From a virus (lineage: Duplodnaviria > Caudoviricetes): DNA of 46,315 nt. Shown piece after piece: positions 1 through 8,720 of the stretch; position 1 is the stretch's first letter; every line of letters begins with the position of its first letter. The position numbers and the translations under genes are program-made. The notes beneath the pieces were generated by a model, which saw nothing but the letters and a program-made list of their open reading frames with translations, was not told the origin of the DNA and made no database searches. The stretch is from IMG/VR virus record IMGVR_UViG_3300048599_000807, positions 1 to 46,315 of that record; one strand, given 5' to 3'.

Positions 1-1062
1 ATGATTTATCAGCCCCGTTTGTCGCCAGCCCATCGCCTGAGTTTGTTCGTGCCCGAAGATTCTCCGGACACGGACAACGGCCCCTCGCCGATTTCGCCGC
101 GCATGTCGCTGAGCGAGTTCTACCGCTCCTGGTTCGTGCCGATCGTCCTCTCCGCGGAGCGGGACTGCACCGAGAACACGCACAAGCTGTACGCCAATGC
201 AATCGACTGGTGGGTGAAGCTCACCGGGGATCCGCCGCTGAGTCAGATCGACGAATTCACGCTCGCGTTGTTTCAAGAGGGGCTGCGCAAGGGGACCTAT
301 CGCCGCGGTCGCTTCGGCAAAGAACATCCGCTGACCAAGGAATCGCAGCACAAACACCTGCGCAACATTCGCGCCGTGCTGCACCGCACGGGACCCACGC
401 GCGACGCCAATCGCCCGTCGAAGGGCGTGCTGGCCGAGGCTCCGCACCTGCGGTTGCCGACCGTCAAAAGCAAGCTCAAACCTTGCTTCACCCTGGCCCA
501 GGCGCAGGCCATCATGGCGGCGGCCGTCGAGGCGAAATCGCCATCGATCCACAAAACGGGCGTGCCGCCCTATTACTGGTGGCGTTGCCGGCTGGCGATG
601 CACTTGTACACCGGGCTGCGATCGGGAACGATTCGCCGGCTGACGTGGCAGGTGGTCGAGCAGGCCGACGATGGCCACTGGTGGCTCAACATTCCCGAGC
701 ACCTGGTGACCAAAACGCAAAAGGAAACGCGGATCATCGTGCACCCGCTCCTGTTCTTAGCCATGCAGGACTGCCGGCGTTCGAGCGTGACCAGCGAGCC
801 GATTTCGTTTCAGCCGCACGGCGACCGTTGGATTCAATCGCTGCACGACGGCCTGCAGAAGCGGGCGGGCATTCCCGAGGCCAAGTGGCTCAGCCCGCAT
901 GCCTGGCGGCGGATGCACGGCGACCAGTTGGCCAAACTGGGCATGGCCTCGATCGAGGAACTTTGCCGCAGTGCGCTGGATCACTCGGACGCGCGCACCA
1001 CCACGGGCCACTATGTGGACGTGCTGAATCAATTCCGACTGCGATTGCCGGCGCTCTGGTAA
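1..1062 (+). CDS. Tyrosine recombinase/integrase
   Basis: Catalytic motifs YTGLR, HAWRR (HxxR), LDHS...TTGHY. Confidence 0.9.
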   Translation: MIYQPRLSPAHRLSLFVPEDSPDTDNGPSPISPRMSLSEFYRSWFVPIVLSAERDCTENTHKLYANAIDWWVKLTGDPPLSQIDEFTLALFQEGLRKGTYRRGRFGKEHPLTKESQHKHLRNIRAVLHRTGPTRDANRPSKGVLAEAPHLRLPTVKSKLKPCFTLAQAQAIMAAAVEAKSPSIHKTGVPPYYWWRCRLAMHLYTGLRSGTIRRLTWQVVEQADDGHWWLNIPEHLVTKTQKETRIIVHPLLFLAMQDCRRSSVTSEPISFQPHGDRWIQSLHDGLQKRAGIPEAKWLSPHAWRRMHGDQLAKLGMASIEELCRSALDHSDARTTTGHYVDVLNQFRLRLPALW

Positions 1063-1162
1063 CGGTCAATCTCTCGCTCGCTGTTTCGCGGGCCGGCAGT
1101 GGCTTATCGCTTGTCGCGGTGGGCTGCTGCCGGCCCGTTTTCGTTGCTGGAGGCATCGACCG

Positions 1163-1891
1163 ATGAAACCTAGTCCCGACGACGTGTTGCTGACCGAAGT
1201 CGACCTGCTGCTCGTGCGGCAGTTGCAAGACGACGTGTCGGCCCTCAGCCGCAAGTTGGAAGTGCGCCAGCGGTCGGTGGTGGTGTCGCGCACTGGCTGC
1301 CGCAACGTGATCGAGTCGCTGGAATCGCTGGCCGCCCAGCTGCGCGAGCGGCTGGCCCAGTCCCCCGTCGATCCCGCGGCCAAACCCGTGCTGCGGTGGC
1401 TCATTCGCCGCGATATGCCCGAGGTGCTGGCCATCGAACAGCGGTGTTTCCCGGCCGAAATTGCCTGGGAAGAGCATGATTTCATCGACGCCATGCGGCA
1501 GCGCAATTGCAGTCCGTTTGTGGCCGAGGTCAACGAGCGGGTGGTCGGGTTCTTTCTGTACACGCTCGAACGTCAGCAGCTCGAACTGCTCAACATCGCC
1601 GTCGATCCGGATTGGCAGCGCAAGGGGATCGGCCGGGCGATGCTCGACAAGCTGCGGGGCAAGCTGACCGCGTCGGCCGGGCGCTGCAACCGGCTGGTGA
1701 CCACCGTCCGCGAGCACAACCTGCCCGCCCAGCAGTTTTTCAAGGCCTGCGGATTCCGGCATCAGTCGACGATCAAAGAGGGTTCGGACCTGCTGGGGGA
1801 CGATTGGGCGGTGATCGGCGGCGATGCCTACCGCATGGCGTTCACCCTCGAATCGCCCGTGGTGCGCCAGCCGGCGGAGGTGCGCTCGTGA
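1163..1891 (+). CDS. GNAT N-acetyltransferase, RimI-like, with N-terminal coiled-coil extension
   Basis: RWLIRRDMPEVLAIE, NIAVDPDWQRKGIG acetyl-CoA motif A, VREHNLPAQQFFKACGF. Confidence 0.85.
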   Translation: MKPSPDDVLLTEVDLLLVRQLQDDVSALSRKLEVRQRSVVVSRTGCRNVIESLESLAAQLRERLAQSPVDPAAKPVLRWLIRRDMPEVLAIEQRCFPAEIAWEEHDFIDAMRQRNCSPFVAEVNERVVGFFLYTLERQQLELLNIAVDPDWQRKGIGRAMLDKLRGKLTASAGRCNRLVTTVREHNLPAQQFFKACGFRHQSTIKEGSDLLGDDWAVIGGDAYRMAFTLESPVVRQPAEVRS

Positions 1892-2124
1892 GTGAATACG
1901 CCCCGCCAGCGCCGAAGAAACCCGAATTCAACCGCTGCCCGGTGAACGGCTGCGGCGTGCAGGTCGAGAAACCGCTGGTGTTTTGCCCGCCCCACTTTGA
2001 CCGGCTGCCGGCCCGCATGCGGGAGCAGGTGACAGACCTGGTCGAAAGTGATCCGCACGGGGCCAGCACGCAAATGGTGATTGACGTAGCCGTGAACGAA
2101 CTGCAAGAGCAGGAGAGCGATTAA
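1888..2124 (+). CDS. Small putative Zn-binding protein
   Basis: GTG start overlapping the upstream stop (GTGA), GGAGG SD; CPVNGC...FCPPH. Confidence 0.65.
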   Translation: MSEYAPPAPKKPEFNRCPVNGCGVQVEKPLVFCPPHFDRLPARMREQVTDLVESDPHGASTQMVIDVAVNELQEQESD

Positions 2125-2379
2125 ATGGGCCGCCACTATCAGGGACTTTGCATCAAACACGACACCGGGCCAGCAGTCCGCCTCGACCTGTGCCCATCGC
2201 TGCCGCAGTTCATCGTCGACCACCTGGCCAACTATGAGGATCTGCCGCCGGCGCTGCAGACCGTTGCCGACGAGAAACTGGCCGGGGCTGTGGAGCACAT
2301 TCGCGAGAAAAAGCTGGCCGCGCTGAAAGCCCAGCACGCGCACCTGATCGTGGCGGCCGAGCCAAGCCGCGACGAGTAA
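2125..2379 (+). CDS. Hypothetical protein
   Basis: ATG directly follows the upstream TAA; phage-like codon use. Confidence 0.65.
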   Translation: MGRHYQGLCIKHDTGPAVRLDLCPSLPQFIVDHLANYEDLPPALQTVADEKLAGAVEHIREKKLAALKAQHAHLIVAAEPSRDE

Positions 2380-2421
2380 CGAACCACCAATTTTATCAAC
2401 CTTCGGCTTCGGAGATCGGTG

Positions 2422-2880
2422 ATGGGGACCACGAATAGCGAACAACTGCTGCAGCTCGACTTTTCGACGTTTCAGGATCTGGGCAACGGCGCGGTGGCCA
2501 AACAGATCCAGCGGCTGATTGAGAAAGCGGCGGCCGACATGCACGCCCGCCCCAGCGACAAACGCCCGCGCAAGGTGCGGATCACCCTCGAAATGAAGCC
2601 CAAAACGCACGTCGAGGACGATCCCATTCAAGAACGCGAGGTGGTGGTGGTCGATGGCTGCGCGTTGCGGGTCGGCTTCAACCTGGTGACCCCCGACTAC
2701 AAGTCGCGGGAATACGACTGCGGTTTCGATCAGGATCACAACATTCTGTTCAACCCGCATTCGCCCAACGATCACCGCCAACGAGCGTTTCCCACGGTGG
2801 TGAGTGAGTCGCAGACGCTGCCGCTGAGGCAGGCCGACGTGAAGCCGCCCGATGGTCGATCAGCGGCAGTAGGTTCCTAA
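2422..2880 (+). CDS. YfdP-like phage protein
   Basis: LGNGAVAKQIQRLIE...RKVRITLEMKP pattern; precedes a DUF2303-like gene; GGAGA SD. Confidence 0.55.
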   Translation: MGTTNSEQLLQLDFSTFQDLGNGAVAKQIQRLIEKAAADMHARPSDKRPRKVRITLEMKPKTHVEDDPIQEREVVVVDGCALRVGFNLVTPDYKSREYDCGFDQDHNILFNPHSPNDHRQRAFPTVVSESQTLPLRQADVKPPDGRSAAVGS

Positions 2881-3061
2881 CACTGGCCGGTGAGTGGGAC
2901 GCACTTCGCCGCGAACGGATCCGGGTGACTCTCGTCGGTTCTAACGACCACACCCGGCCAGCGTCGTAAGTGTTCCTATACCTCTCTGCTGGCGGAGGCC
3001 CACGCAGCCCAGCAAATCCACGGTTTCGAGCGTTCCTGTCAAAGTCTGAGGAGTTTGGAAA

Positions 3062-3850
3062 ATGTCGTCATTGATTGCGGATGCCATCAACGTGCTCGTG
3101 CAGTTGGGCAATGAGAAGCGAACCACCAAGGTGCAGGAGTTCCCCAACGATCCCGATCGCCGCATGCTCATCAAGGCCGATGGCTCGCACGAGGTGATCG
3201 AGACTCCCCGGCAGCACACGAAGCGCAACCACATGGTGGCGACCGTGGTCGACTTTGTGGAGGCGTGCAAGGCGTTCGTCGGCAAGGGGAGCACGGGAGA
3301 AGTGCCGTCTCCCGTGTGGTTCACCGGGCGTAAGGTTTCCGTGTTTCCCGATGATCGGTTTCGTGACGAAGCGATCCACCTCGAGTTGCCGCCGTCGCCC
3401 CAGCTCGAGCTGCTGGAAGATTGGGACGAAAAAACGGCCATCACTCAGGAGGATTTGATTCGCACGTTGTTCCACGATCTGGCCGGCTGCGTCGATCCAT
3501 CGATTCTGTTGGCCTATCGCACCTTGAATTTCCAGGTGCTCAAGAACACGCGTGCCAATCGCCAGGCCAGCAGCCAGTCGTTCGACAACGATATCGTGGC
3601 CAAAGTCGAAGGGGATGATAAGCCGCAGTTTTTCGACGTCAATTTTCCGCTGTTCGACCATTGCGATTTTCGCGACCAAATCTTTGTCATTCGAGTGACG
3701 GTCGAAATCGACGTGCTGCAATCACGGCTGTACGTGCAGGTGGAACCCACGGGGCTGACACGGGCGTACGAGCAGGCGATCGAAATCGTCCGCACCCGCC
3801 TTAACAGCGAGTTCCCCGAGGGGACCACGCTGCTGGCTGGCACGCCCTAG
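3062..3850 (+). CDS. DUF2303/YfdQ-like phage protein
   Basis: 262 aa; H-x-V-x-T-x-x-D-F segment, ITQEDLIRTL, KPQFFDVNFPLF; GAGGAG SD. Confidence 0.55.
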   Translation: MSSLIADAINVLVQLGNEKRTTKVQEFPNDPDRRMLIKADGSHEVIETPRQHTKRNHMVATVVDFVEACKAFVGKGSTGEVPSPVWFTGRKVSVFPDDRFRDEAIHLELPPSPQLELLEDWDEKTAITQEDLIRTLFHDLAGCVDPSILLAYRTLNFQVLKNTRANRQASSQSFDNDIVAKVEGDDKPQFFDVNFPLFDHCDFRDQIFVIRVTVEIDVLQSRLYVQVEPTGLTRAYEQAIEIVRTRLNSEFPEGTTLLAGTP

Positions 3851-3863
3851 CCGCATTGCTTGA

Positions 3864-3915
3864 CCATCGGTGGCGGGGTTCGGTCGCTAACCCGAGACCG
3901 ACCCCGCGCCGATGG
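3864..3915 (+). other. Long GC-rich stem-loop at the start of a structured intergenic region
   Basis: CCATCGG-GCGGGGT-CGGTC / GACCG-ACCCCGC-CCGATGG nested inverted repeat. Confidence 0.7.
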
Positions 3916-4152
3916 GTTAGGCGTGCACGTCACGAAATCCCGGTCCCTGGGAGGCGAAACGCGGGTTGCCGGAAAAAACCCGCGAAGTAGCCATAGACCG
4001 CTGCGGCGGTAGTTCGCTGCTCGTCAAGTCTCGACGAGTGGCCCACTGGATGGGTGCGATGATCGCTGCCGAGCCCCTGGGCGTGTTGCCCACCATCGGC
4101 AAATCGGTCCAGAAATGGCCGCTCGCGGTTTGGCAAAGGCCGCGGGCGGTTT

Positions 4153-4221
4153 TGACGGTGCAGGTCGACCGCGGGGAGCTCACAACGCCCCGTGGCAGCG
4201 GTTCGAGCCCGCTGGCCGTCA
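4153..4221 (+). ncRNA. tRNA-like element lacking a D arm (anticodon CAC), possibly a tRNA pseudogene
   Basis: Acceptor TGACGGT/GCCGTCA, anticodon loop CT-CAC-AA, T arm CAGCGG-TTCGAGC-CCGCTG; only 12 nt where the D arm should be; no encoded CCA. Confidence 0.5.
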
Positions 4222-4259
4222 CTGTGTGTTTTTCGGTTTATCGGCGAGGAGTGTCTGAC

Positions 4260-4577
4260 ATGGCAACCAAAGCGAAGGAAGCGGCAGCCGCCGCAGCACC
4301 GGCAGAACGTCCGGTGATCGTTTGCACGGAGCATCGGGGCGTGTTTTTCGGATACGCCACCGAGACCGGCGGCGAGGTGATCGCGCTCAAGCGGGCGCGG
4401 AATTGCGTGTACTGGTCGGCCGACTGCAAGGGATTCGTGGGGCTGGCAGCGAATGGCCCCACCAAAAGCTGCCGCGTCGGGCCTGCTGCCGACATGGAAT
4501 TGCGAGCAATTACGGCGGTGCTCGAAGTCTCGCCGGCCGCCGTGGAAGCCTGGGAGAAAGCGCCATGGCAGTCCTAA
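4260..4577 (+). CDS. DUF6948-like phage protein
   Basis: VIVCTEHRGVFFG...ARNCVYW...GLAANGP; GAGGAG SD before ATG 4260. Confidence 0.7.
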   Translation: MATKAKEAAAAAAPAERPVIVCTEHRGVFFGYATETGGEVIALKRARNCVYWSADCKGFVGLAANGPTKSCRVGPAADMELRAITAVLEVSPAAVEAWEKAPWQS

Positions 4578-5086
4578 CGGTGGGCGTGCGCCAGCCGCTG
4601 CAGTTCCTGCTCGTCGAGCTGGGGGCATGCCGCGAGGCCATCGCCTGGGCCCGCGATCAGGAACTAAGCCAAGTGACCTGGCAATCCGCGCCCGGCGAAT
4701 GGCGCAAGTGGCTCGCGGGGCGATTGAAGGTCGAACCGAAATTTGCCGCCGTTGAAAAGGCGGTCAACGCTGCCATCGAAAGTGGCTATGGCGATGGCTA
4801 TGGCTATGGCTATGGCGATGGCTATGGCGATGGCGATGGCTATGGCTATGGCTATGGCTATGGCTATGGCTATGGCTCTGGCGATGGCTATGGCGATGGC
4901 TCTGGCGATGGCTATGGCGATGGCTATGGCTATGGCGATGGCTATGGCTATGGCTATGGCGATGGCTATGGCTATGGCGATGGCTCTGGCGATGGCTATG
5001 GCGATGGCTCTGGCGATGGCTATGGCGATGGCTATGGCTATGGCGATGGCTATGGCTATGGCTATGGCTATGGCGATGGCTACTAG
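4565..5086 (+). CDS. Phage protein with LGAC N-terminal domain and 100-residue Gly-Tyr/Gly-Asp repeat tail
   Basis: ATG overlaps the end of the upstream gene; LLVELGACREAIAW followed by GYGDGYGYG repeats. Confidence 0.7.
   Translation: MAVLTVGVRQPLQFLLVELGACREAIAWARDQELSQVTWQSAPGEWRKWLAGRLKVEPKFAAVEKAVNAAIESGYGDGYGYGYGDGYGDGDGYGYGYGYGYGYGSGDGYGDGSGDGYGDGYGYGDGYGYGYGDGYGYGDGSGDGYGDGSGDGYGDGYGYGDGYGYGYGYGDGY
4784..5083 (+). repeat. Tandem hexamer array GGCTAT/GGCGAT/GGCTCT, about 50 units
   Basis: Directly visible; encodes GY/GD/GS dipeptides. Confidence 0.95.
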
Positions 5087-5166
5087 CGCCGGGCGCGCAG
5101 CGCACCGCCGGCCTGGATCACGCCCCAGGCTGGCAACTTTCTATCAACCTCAAACGGGGAAATCAC

Positions 5167-5385
5167 GTGAGTAAACGCCTGTTCGTGCGAACGACGCAAA
5201 GTGATGGTTGCTGGTGGTATGCCGGCGACGCGGCCACCGCCCACCGGGGGCTGGGCAATCTGCTGCAGGAGGACATTCGCCAGGTGCTCGCCGGCGAGCA
5301 AACCATCGACCAGTTTCACGAGTCGTTCAATCTCGAGGTTAGGGACCTGACCGACGCCCAAGTCGACGCACTGCCCGACGGCTAG
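5167..5385 (+). CDS. Hypothetical protein
   Basis: GTG start with GGGGA SD; 72 aa. Confidence 0.55.
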   Translation: MSKRLFVRTTQSDGCWWYAGDAATAHRGLGNLLQEDIRQVLAGEQTIDQFHESFNLEVRDLTDAQVDALPDG

Positions 5386-5498
5386 AAACTGCCACCACCG
5401 CGCGTGAACCACGCGCTGATCAACCGCCTGCCAACCCTGCCCCGTGGCATTTGACGCCACGGGCGAACGGACTCGCTTCAACGAAGGATCTGACCAGC

Positions 5499-6548
5499 AT
5501 GGGCGCCAAGAAGCCCTATAAGAGCGATCCAGCGCAGTACCTGCTGGATTTCAACAGCAACGCGGCCGACCAGCGGCGGCGGCTGCGGCAGGCCCTGCAG
5601 GCGACCCCCGGGGCCGATCTTCGCCAATGGTCGTTCTTGCTGTGGATCTTCAACGTCGAAACACCCCACTGCGGTCTGGTGAAGGATTACGACGAAATCG
5701 GCGAGGTGCTGTGGTGCAATCGGTCGACTGCGATCCGCATGGCCAATCGGCTGTTTGAAGTCGAGTTCGTGTCGATCCGGCAAACCTTCGACGCCGACGG
5801 CGGGGCCCGCAAGAACGAATACCGTATTCTGTGGCCGACGATCGATAGCCTGGTTCGGAACGCGATTTCCGCCAACTACGGCGCGTCGGTTTCACCGTCG
5901 CAGTTTGCGCCCCCCCAGTGGCAAAATGCCACCACCCCGTCGCAGGATGCCACTACCCAGTGGCAAAATGCGCCTTCTTCTAAGGAATATGATCTTATTC
6001 CGGGTTCTTGTATTCAAGAAAACCCGGATCCGGAGACCGAACCGCGGATGGTGAGGGATTCGGCTGAGGAAGTCGGGCTGCAGCGGATTGCTCCCGACGC
6101 GGCGGGTCTGCGGATAGACCTGTTCGCCAAGCTGCCGGAACTGCAGGCGGCGAGCCAGCGCCAACTTCAACCGTTGCCGGCTGGTATCTGGCAGTACTCC
6201 GTGTGGAAGGGGCTAGGCCTCAAACACCTGGGGTCGTTTGCACGCTTGCTCGACTGGCATCGTCGCCAATTGTCGACCAGCAAGCCCGTCTGCGGGCCCA
6301 CCGTGGCCGATCTGCTCCTGACGGTGGCCGCTGGCATGTATGCCAACAAGCTGCCCAAGGAAAAAGTGCAGCGCAATCGCGTGGCCCTCTTTGTGACGCT
6401 CATCAGCCGGGGGCAGTGGCAGCGCGTCGCGGGCTACGTTCCCGATGCCAGCAAACTGCTCGCCTGCTGGGAAGCGAACGAACGCACTCCGGCGATCGAC
6501 TGCGACGAGGGAAAGCTCACGGACTGGATCGCGAGGGACGGCAAATGA
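5499..6548 (+). CDS. Putative replication initiator (winged-HTH, lambda O-like organisation)
   Basis: YDEIGEVLWCNRSTAIRMANRL HTH and KNEYRI wing, followed by a repeat-encoded linker. Confidence 0.7.
   Translation: MGAKKPYKSDPAQYLLDFNSNAADQRRRLRQALQATPGADLRQWSFLLWIFNVETPHCGLVKDYDEIGEVLWCNRSTAIRMANRLFEVEFVSIRQTFDADGGARKNEYRILWPTIDSLVRNAISANYGASVSPSQFAPPQWQNATTPSQDATTQWQNAPSSKEYDLIPGSCIQENPDPETEPRMVRDSAEEVGLQRIAPDAAGLRIDLFAKLPELQAASQRQLQPLPAGIWQYSVWKGLGLKHLGSFARLLDWHRRQLSTSKPVCGPTVADLLLTVAAGMYANKLPKEKVQRNRVALFVTLISRGQWQRVAGYVPDASKLLACWEANERTPAIDCDEGKLTDWIARDGK
5897..6022 (+). repeat. Putative replication origin: four 21-bp iterons plus AT-rich tract
   Basis: GT(C/G)GCAnnnTGC units at 5897, 5918, 5939 and 5960, then TTCTTCTAAGGAATATGATCTTATT. 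Confidence 0.7.
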
Positions 6549-6979
6549 ACAGGCCTAGCGACGTGTTTGCCAGCGTGGCCGTGATTGGGGCCGAACGCTA
6601 CGTGGTGGTTTGCCATGCCGACCAGTTTGGAGCCGCGCAGCGCTCCCTGGGGCGGTGGGCATCGCATCCCGAACTGAGTTTTGCCTGGGTCGACGCGGCC
6701 CGGATGAGTGGGGATTTACAGCAACAGGCCGTGGCCTACGAACGCGAAAGGGAAAGCGAAATGCAGGAATTTGAAGAGCTGGCCAGGTGGCAACGCGAGA
6801 GTGGCTTTTTTGTGTCGCTGACCATGGCCGGCAAGCAATGGCGGTGCGAACTGTTCAACAGCATCACCCACCGGCCACCCGTCGGCACGGGAGCCACGGC
6901 GCTGGAGGCGCTGAAAGCGGCCGAAGCCGACAAGGGCCCGTTGCTGGATAAGGCCCTGGGCGGGAAGGGAAAGCGATAG
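6545..6979 (+). CDS. Hypothetical protein; N-terminus resembles a conserved small planctomycete protein
   Basis: ATGA overlap; ERYVV...SLGRWASHPELSFAWVDAA. Confidence 0.6.
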   Translation: MNRPSDVFASVAVIGAERYVVVCHADQFGAAQRSLGRWASHPELSFAWVDAARMSGDLQQQAVAYERERESEMQEFEELARWQRESGFFVSLTMAGKQWRCELFNSITHRPPVGTGATALEALKAAEADKGPLLDKALGGKGKR

Positions 6980-6981
6980 CC

Positions 6982-7302
6982 ATGGCCCGACGCCCCAAAC
7001 TCGAAATCCGCCGCGTGCAAGCGGTGGTGATGAATTCCTCGTCGCGGTTTTTTCGCGAAGAGGTCAACGGCCTGCTGCTCGATGGCTGGCGCGTCGTGCC
7101 GGGCACTTACTACCACACGCGGGTGCTGGGCCTGGCCGACGAGCGGACGCCCCGGCACTTTGTCGACGAGGACGGGTGCACCTGGCGAGATCACTTTTTT
7201 ATCGCGATCGAACGGGACGAAGTGGTCGACCCAGCGGCCGCCCAGCGATTGATCGAACAGGCGGAAGGTCGGCAGCTTAGCGAACTAGGAAAGGAAGTGT
7301 AG
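6982..7302 (+). CDS. Hypothetical protein
   Basis: Tightly packed ORF with SD, 106 aa. Confidence 0.6.
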   Translation: MARRPKLEIRRVQAVVMNSSSRFFREEVNGLLLDGWRVVPGTYYHTRVLGLADERTPRHFVDEDGCTWRDHFFIAIERDEVVDPAAAQRLIEQAEGRQLSELGKEV

Positions 7303-7304
7303 AC

Positions 7305-8720
7305 GTGTGGTTGCTCCCGTCCTCAATACGATCAGCCTTTGCAGCGGCGTTGGAATGCTCGACGAAGCCTTCGCGCGAGGGTGCGAATACTTCGGCTGGC
7401 AGTCCCGGCCTGCGCTGCTGTGTGAGTGGGAAAGTTACGCTGCGCGCTGCCTCCTGGCGCGGATGGAAGAGCAAAGCCTGGAGCCAGCACCTATTTGGTG
7501 CGGGGATCTGGCAGAAGTCGACTATTCGCCGTTTCGTGGGGTGGTGGACGCGGTTCTTGCGGGCCTCCCCTGCCAGCCCTATTCGTGTGCCGGCAAGCAG
7601 GCGGGCCTCAGCGACGCGCGGAGCTACGGCGCCGACAACAGCGGGCCGATCCCGCAGTTCCTCCGCTGTGTGGCCGAGTGTCAGCCCTCCCTGGTCTACC
7701 TCGAAAACGTGCCTCCCTGGGTTCGCGGAGGCTGGTTTCGACCTGTCGGAGAGGAATTATGCCGCCTGGGTTACAAGCTCGCTGAACCGCTCTTTGTCAC
7801 TGCGGAATCGGTTGGAGCGAGTCATCGACGGGAACGCGTTTTCGTGCTGGCCTACCGCCCAGGCCTGCGATGGGGAGAAATGCTCCAATCCGCGCAGGGA
7901 AGGCGATCGAACGCTGCCGGATTCGGCGAAGTGCTGGCCGACGCCGGATTGCAACACGGCAAGCTACTCCAACGGCGTGATGGGCGAAAACATTCGCGAA
8001 GCGGCATCCAACTGGCCGACGCCGGCCGCGAGCGACGACAAGCGGGGAACGTCTCCGTACAGCGAAGCGGAGATGAACCGCCCACAGGGCAAGCCAATGA
8101 CGCTGGGGAAAGATGTCGCGATGTGGGCGACACCGGAGGCCAGCGAGCGATCAAATCGCGGGAACCGGAAACACAACAACCCGAGCAGCAATCGGGGGGG
8201 GCAAGCGAACCTAGCGGACGATACCGCGATGTGGGCCAGCCCGTCAGCAGCAGCCGGTGGTTCGACGAGCCGGGGTGGGGATCGGATCGGCGAGGAACTG
8301 TTGGGAGGCCAGGCGAAGAGTTGGCCGACTCCGCGAGCATCGATGGCAACGAACGGATCGGACAGCGGGTCAGCGACTCGGCAGGAGCAGGGCGAGAATC
8401 TGGGGCTGAAGGATTCAGCGAAGGCATGGCCGACTCCGAACGCGAGGGATCACAAGGGGACCGATCTGCCGTCCCGCAGCGGCGGAACTTCTTTGAGCCA
8501 TGCGACGCAGACCGGGGAATTTTCGCACCGGGCCCGGGCAGCGACTGGCAAACCATCCCCGAAACGCTCTGGCCGGCGATTGAGCCCGGTTTTCGTGTGC
8601 TGGTTGATGGGGTGGCCATGGTACTGGACGCGTCCCGAGGCGATGCCCTTCGCTGCGGAGGCAACGGAGTTGTACCGCTGCAAGGTGCAGTGGCTTTTGT
8701 CGAACTTATGCGGCAACTAA
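7305..8720 (+). CDS. Overprinted alternative-frame protein: putative methyltransferase second subunit with WPTP repeats and motif IX
   Basis: 471 codons open; seven W(P/A)(T/S)(P/A) repeats; RRLSPVFVCWLMGWP resembles motif IX; true start uncertain. Confidence 0.7.
   Translation: MWLLPSSIRSAFAAALECSTKPSREGANTSAGSPGLRCCVSGKVTLRAASWRGWKSKAWSQHLFGAGIWQKSTIRRFVGWWTRFLRASPASPIRVPASRRASATRGATAPTTAGRSRSSSAVWPSVSPPWSTSKTCLPGFAEAGFDLSERNYAAWVTSSLNRSLSLRNRLERVIDGNAFSCWPTAQACDGEKCSNPRREGDRTLPDSAKCWPTPDCNTASYSNGVMGENIREAASNWPTPAASDDKRGTSPYSEAEMNRPQGKPMTLGKDVAMWATPEASERSNRGNRKHNNPSSNRGGQANLADDTAMWASPSAAAGGSTSRGGDRIGEELLGGQAKSWPTPRASMATNGSDSGSATRQEQGENLGLKDSAKAWPTPNARDHKGTDLPSRSGGTSLSHATQTGEFSHRARAATGKPSPKRSGRRLSPVFVCWLMGWPWYWTRPEAMPFAAEATELYRCKVQWLLSNLCGN

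Noticed and set aside
3966-4259. N-terminal extension of the 3966-4577 ORF
   Set aside because: Strong SD and family match begin at ATG 4260; the upstream part is better explained as structured RNA
4784-5083. Possible CRISPR array
   Set aside because: Simple 6-nt tandem repeat with no unique spacers; no cas genes
4743-5174. Poly-(Met-Ala) ORF and the antisense poly-(His-Ser) ORF (4764-5105)
   Set aside because: By-products of the stop-free hexamer array; the Gly-Tyr frame has the coupled start and a real N-terminal domain
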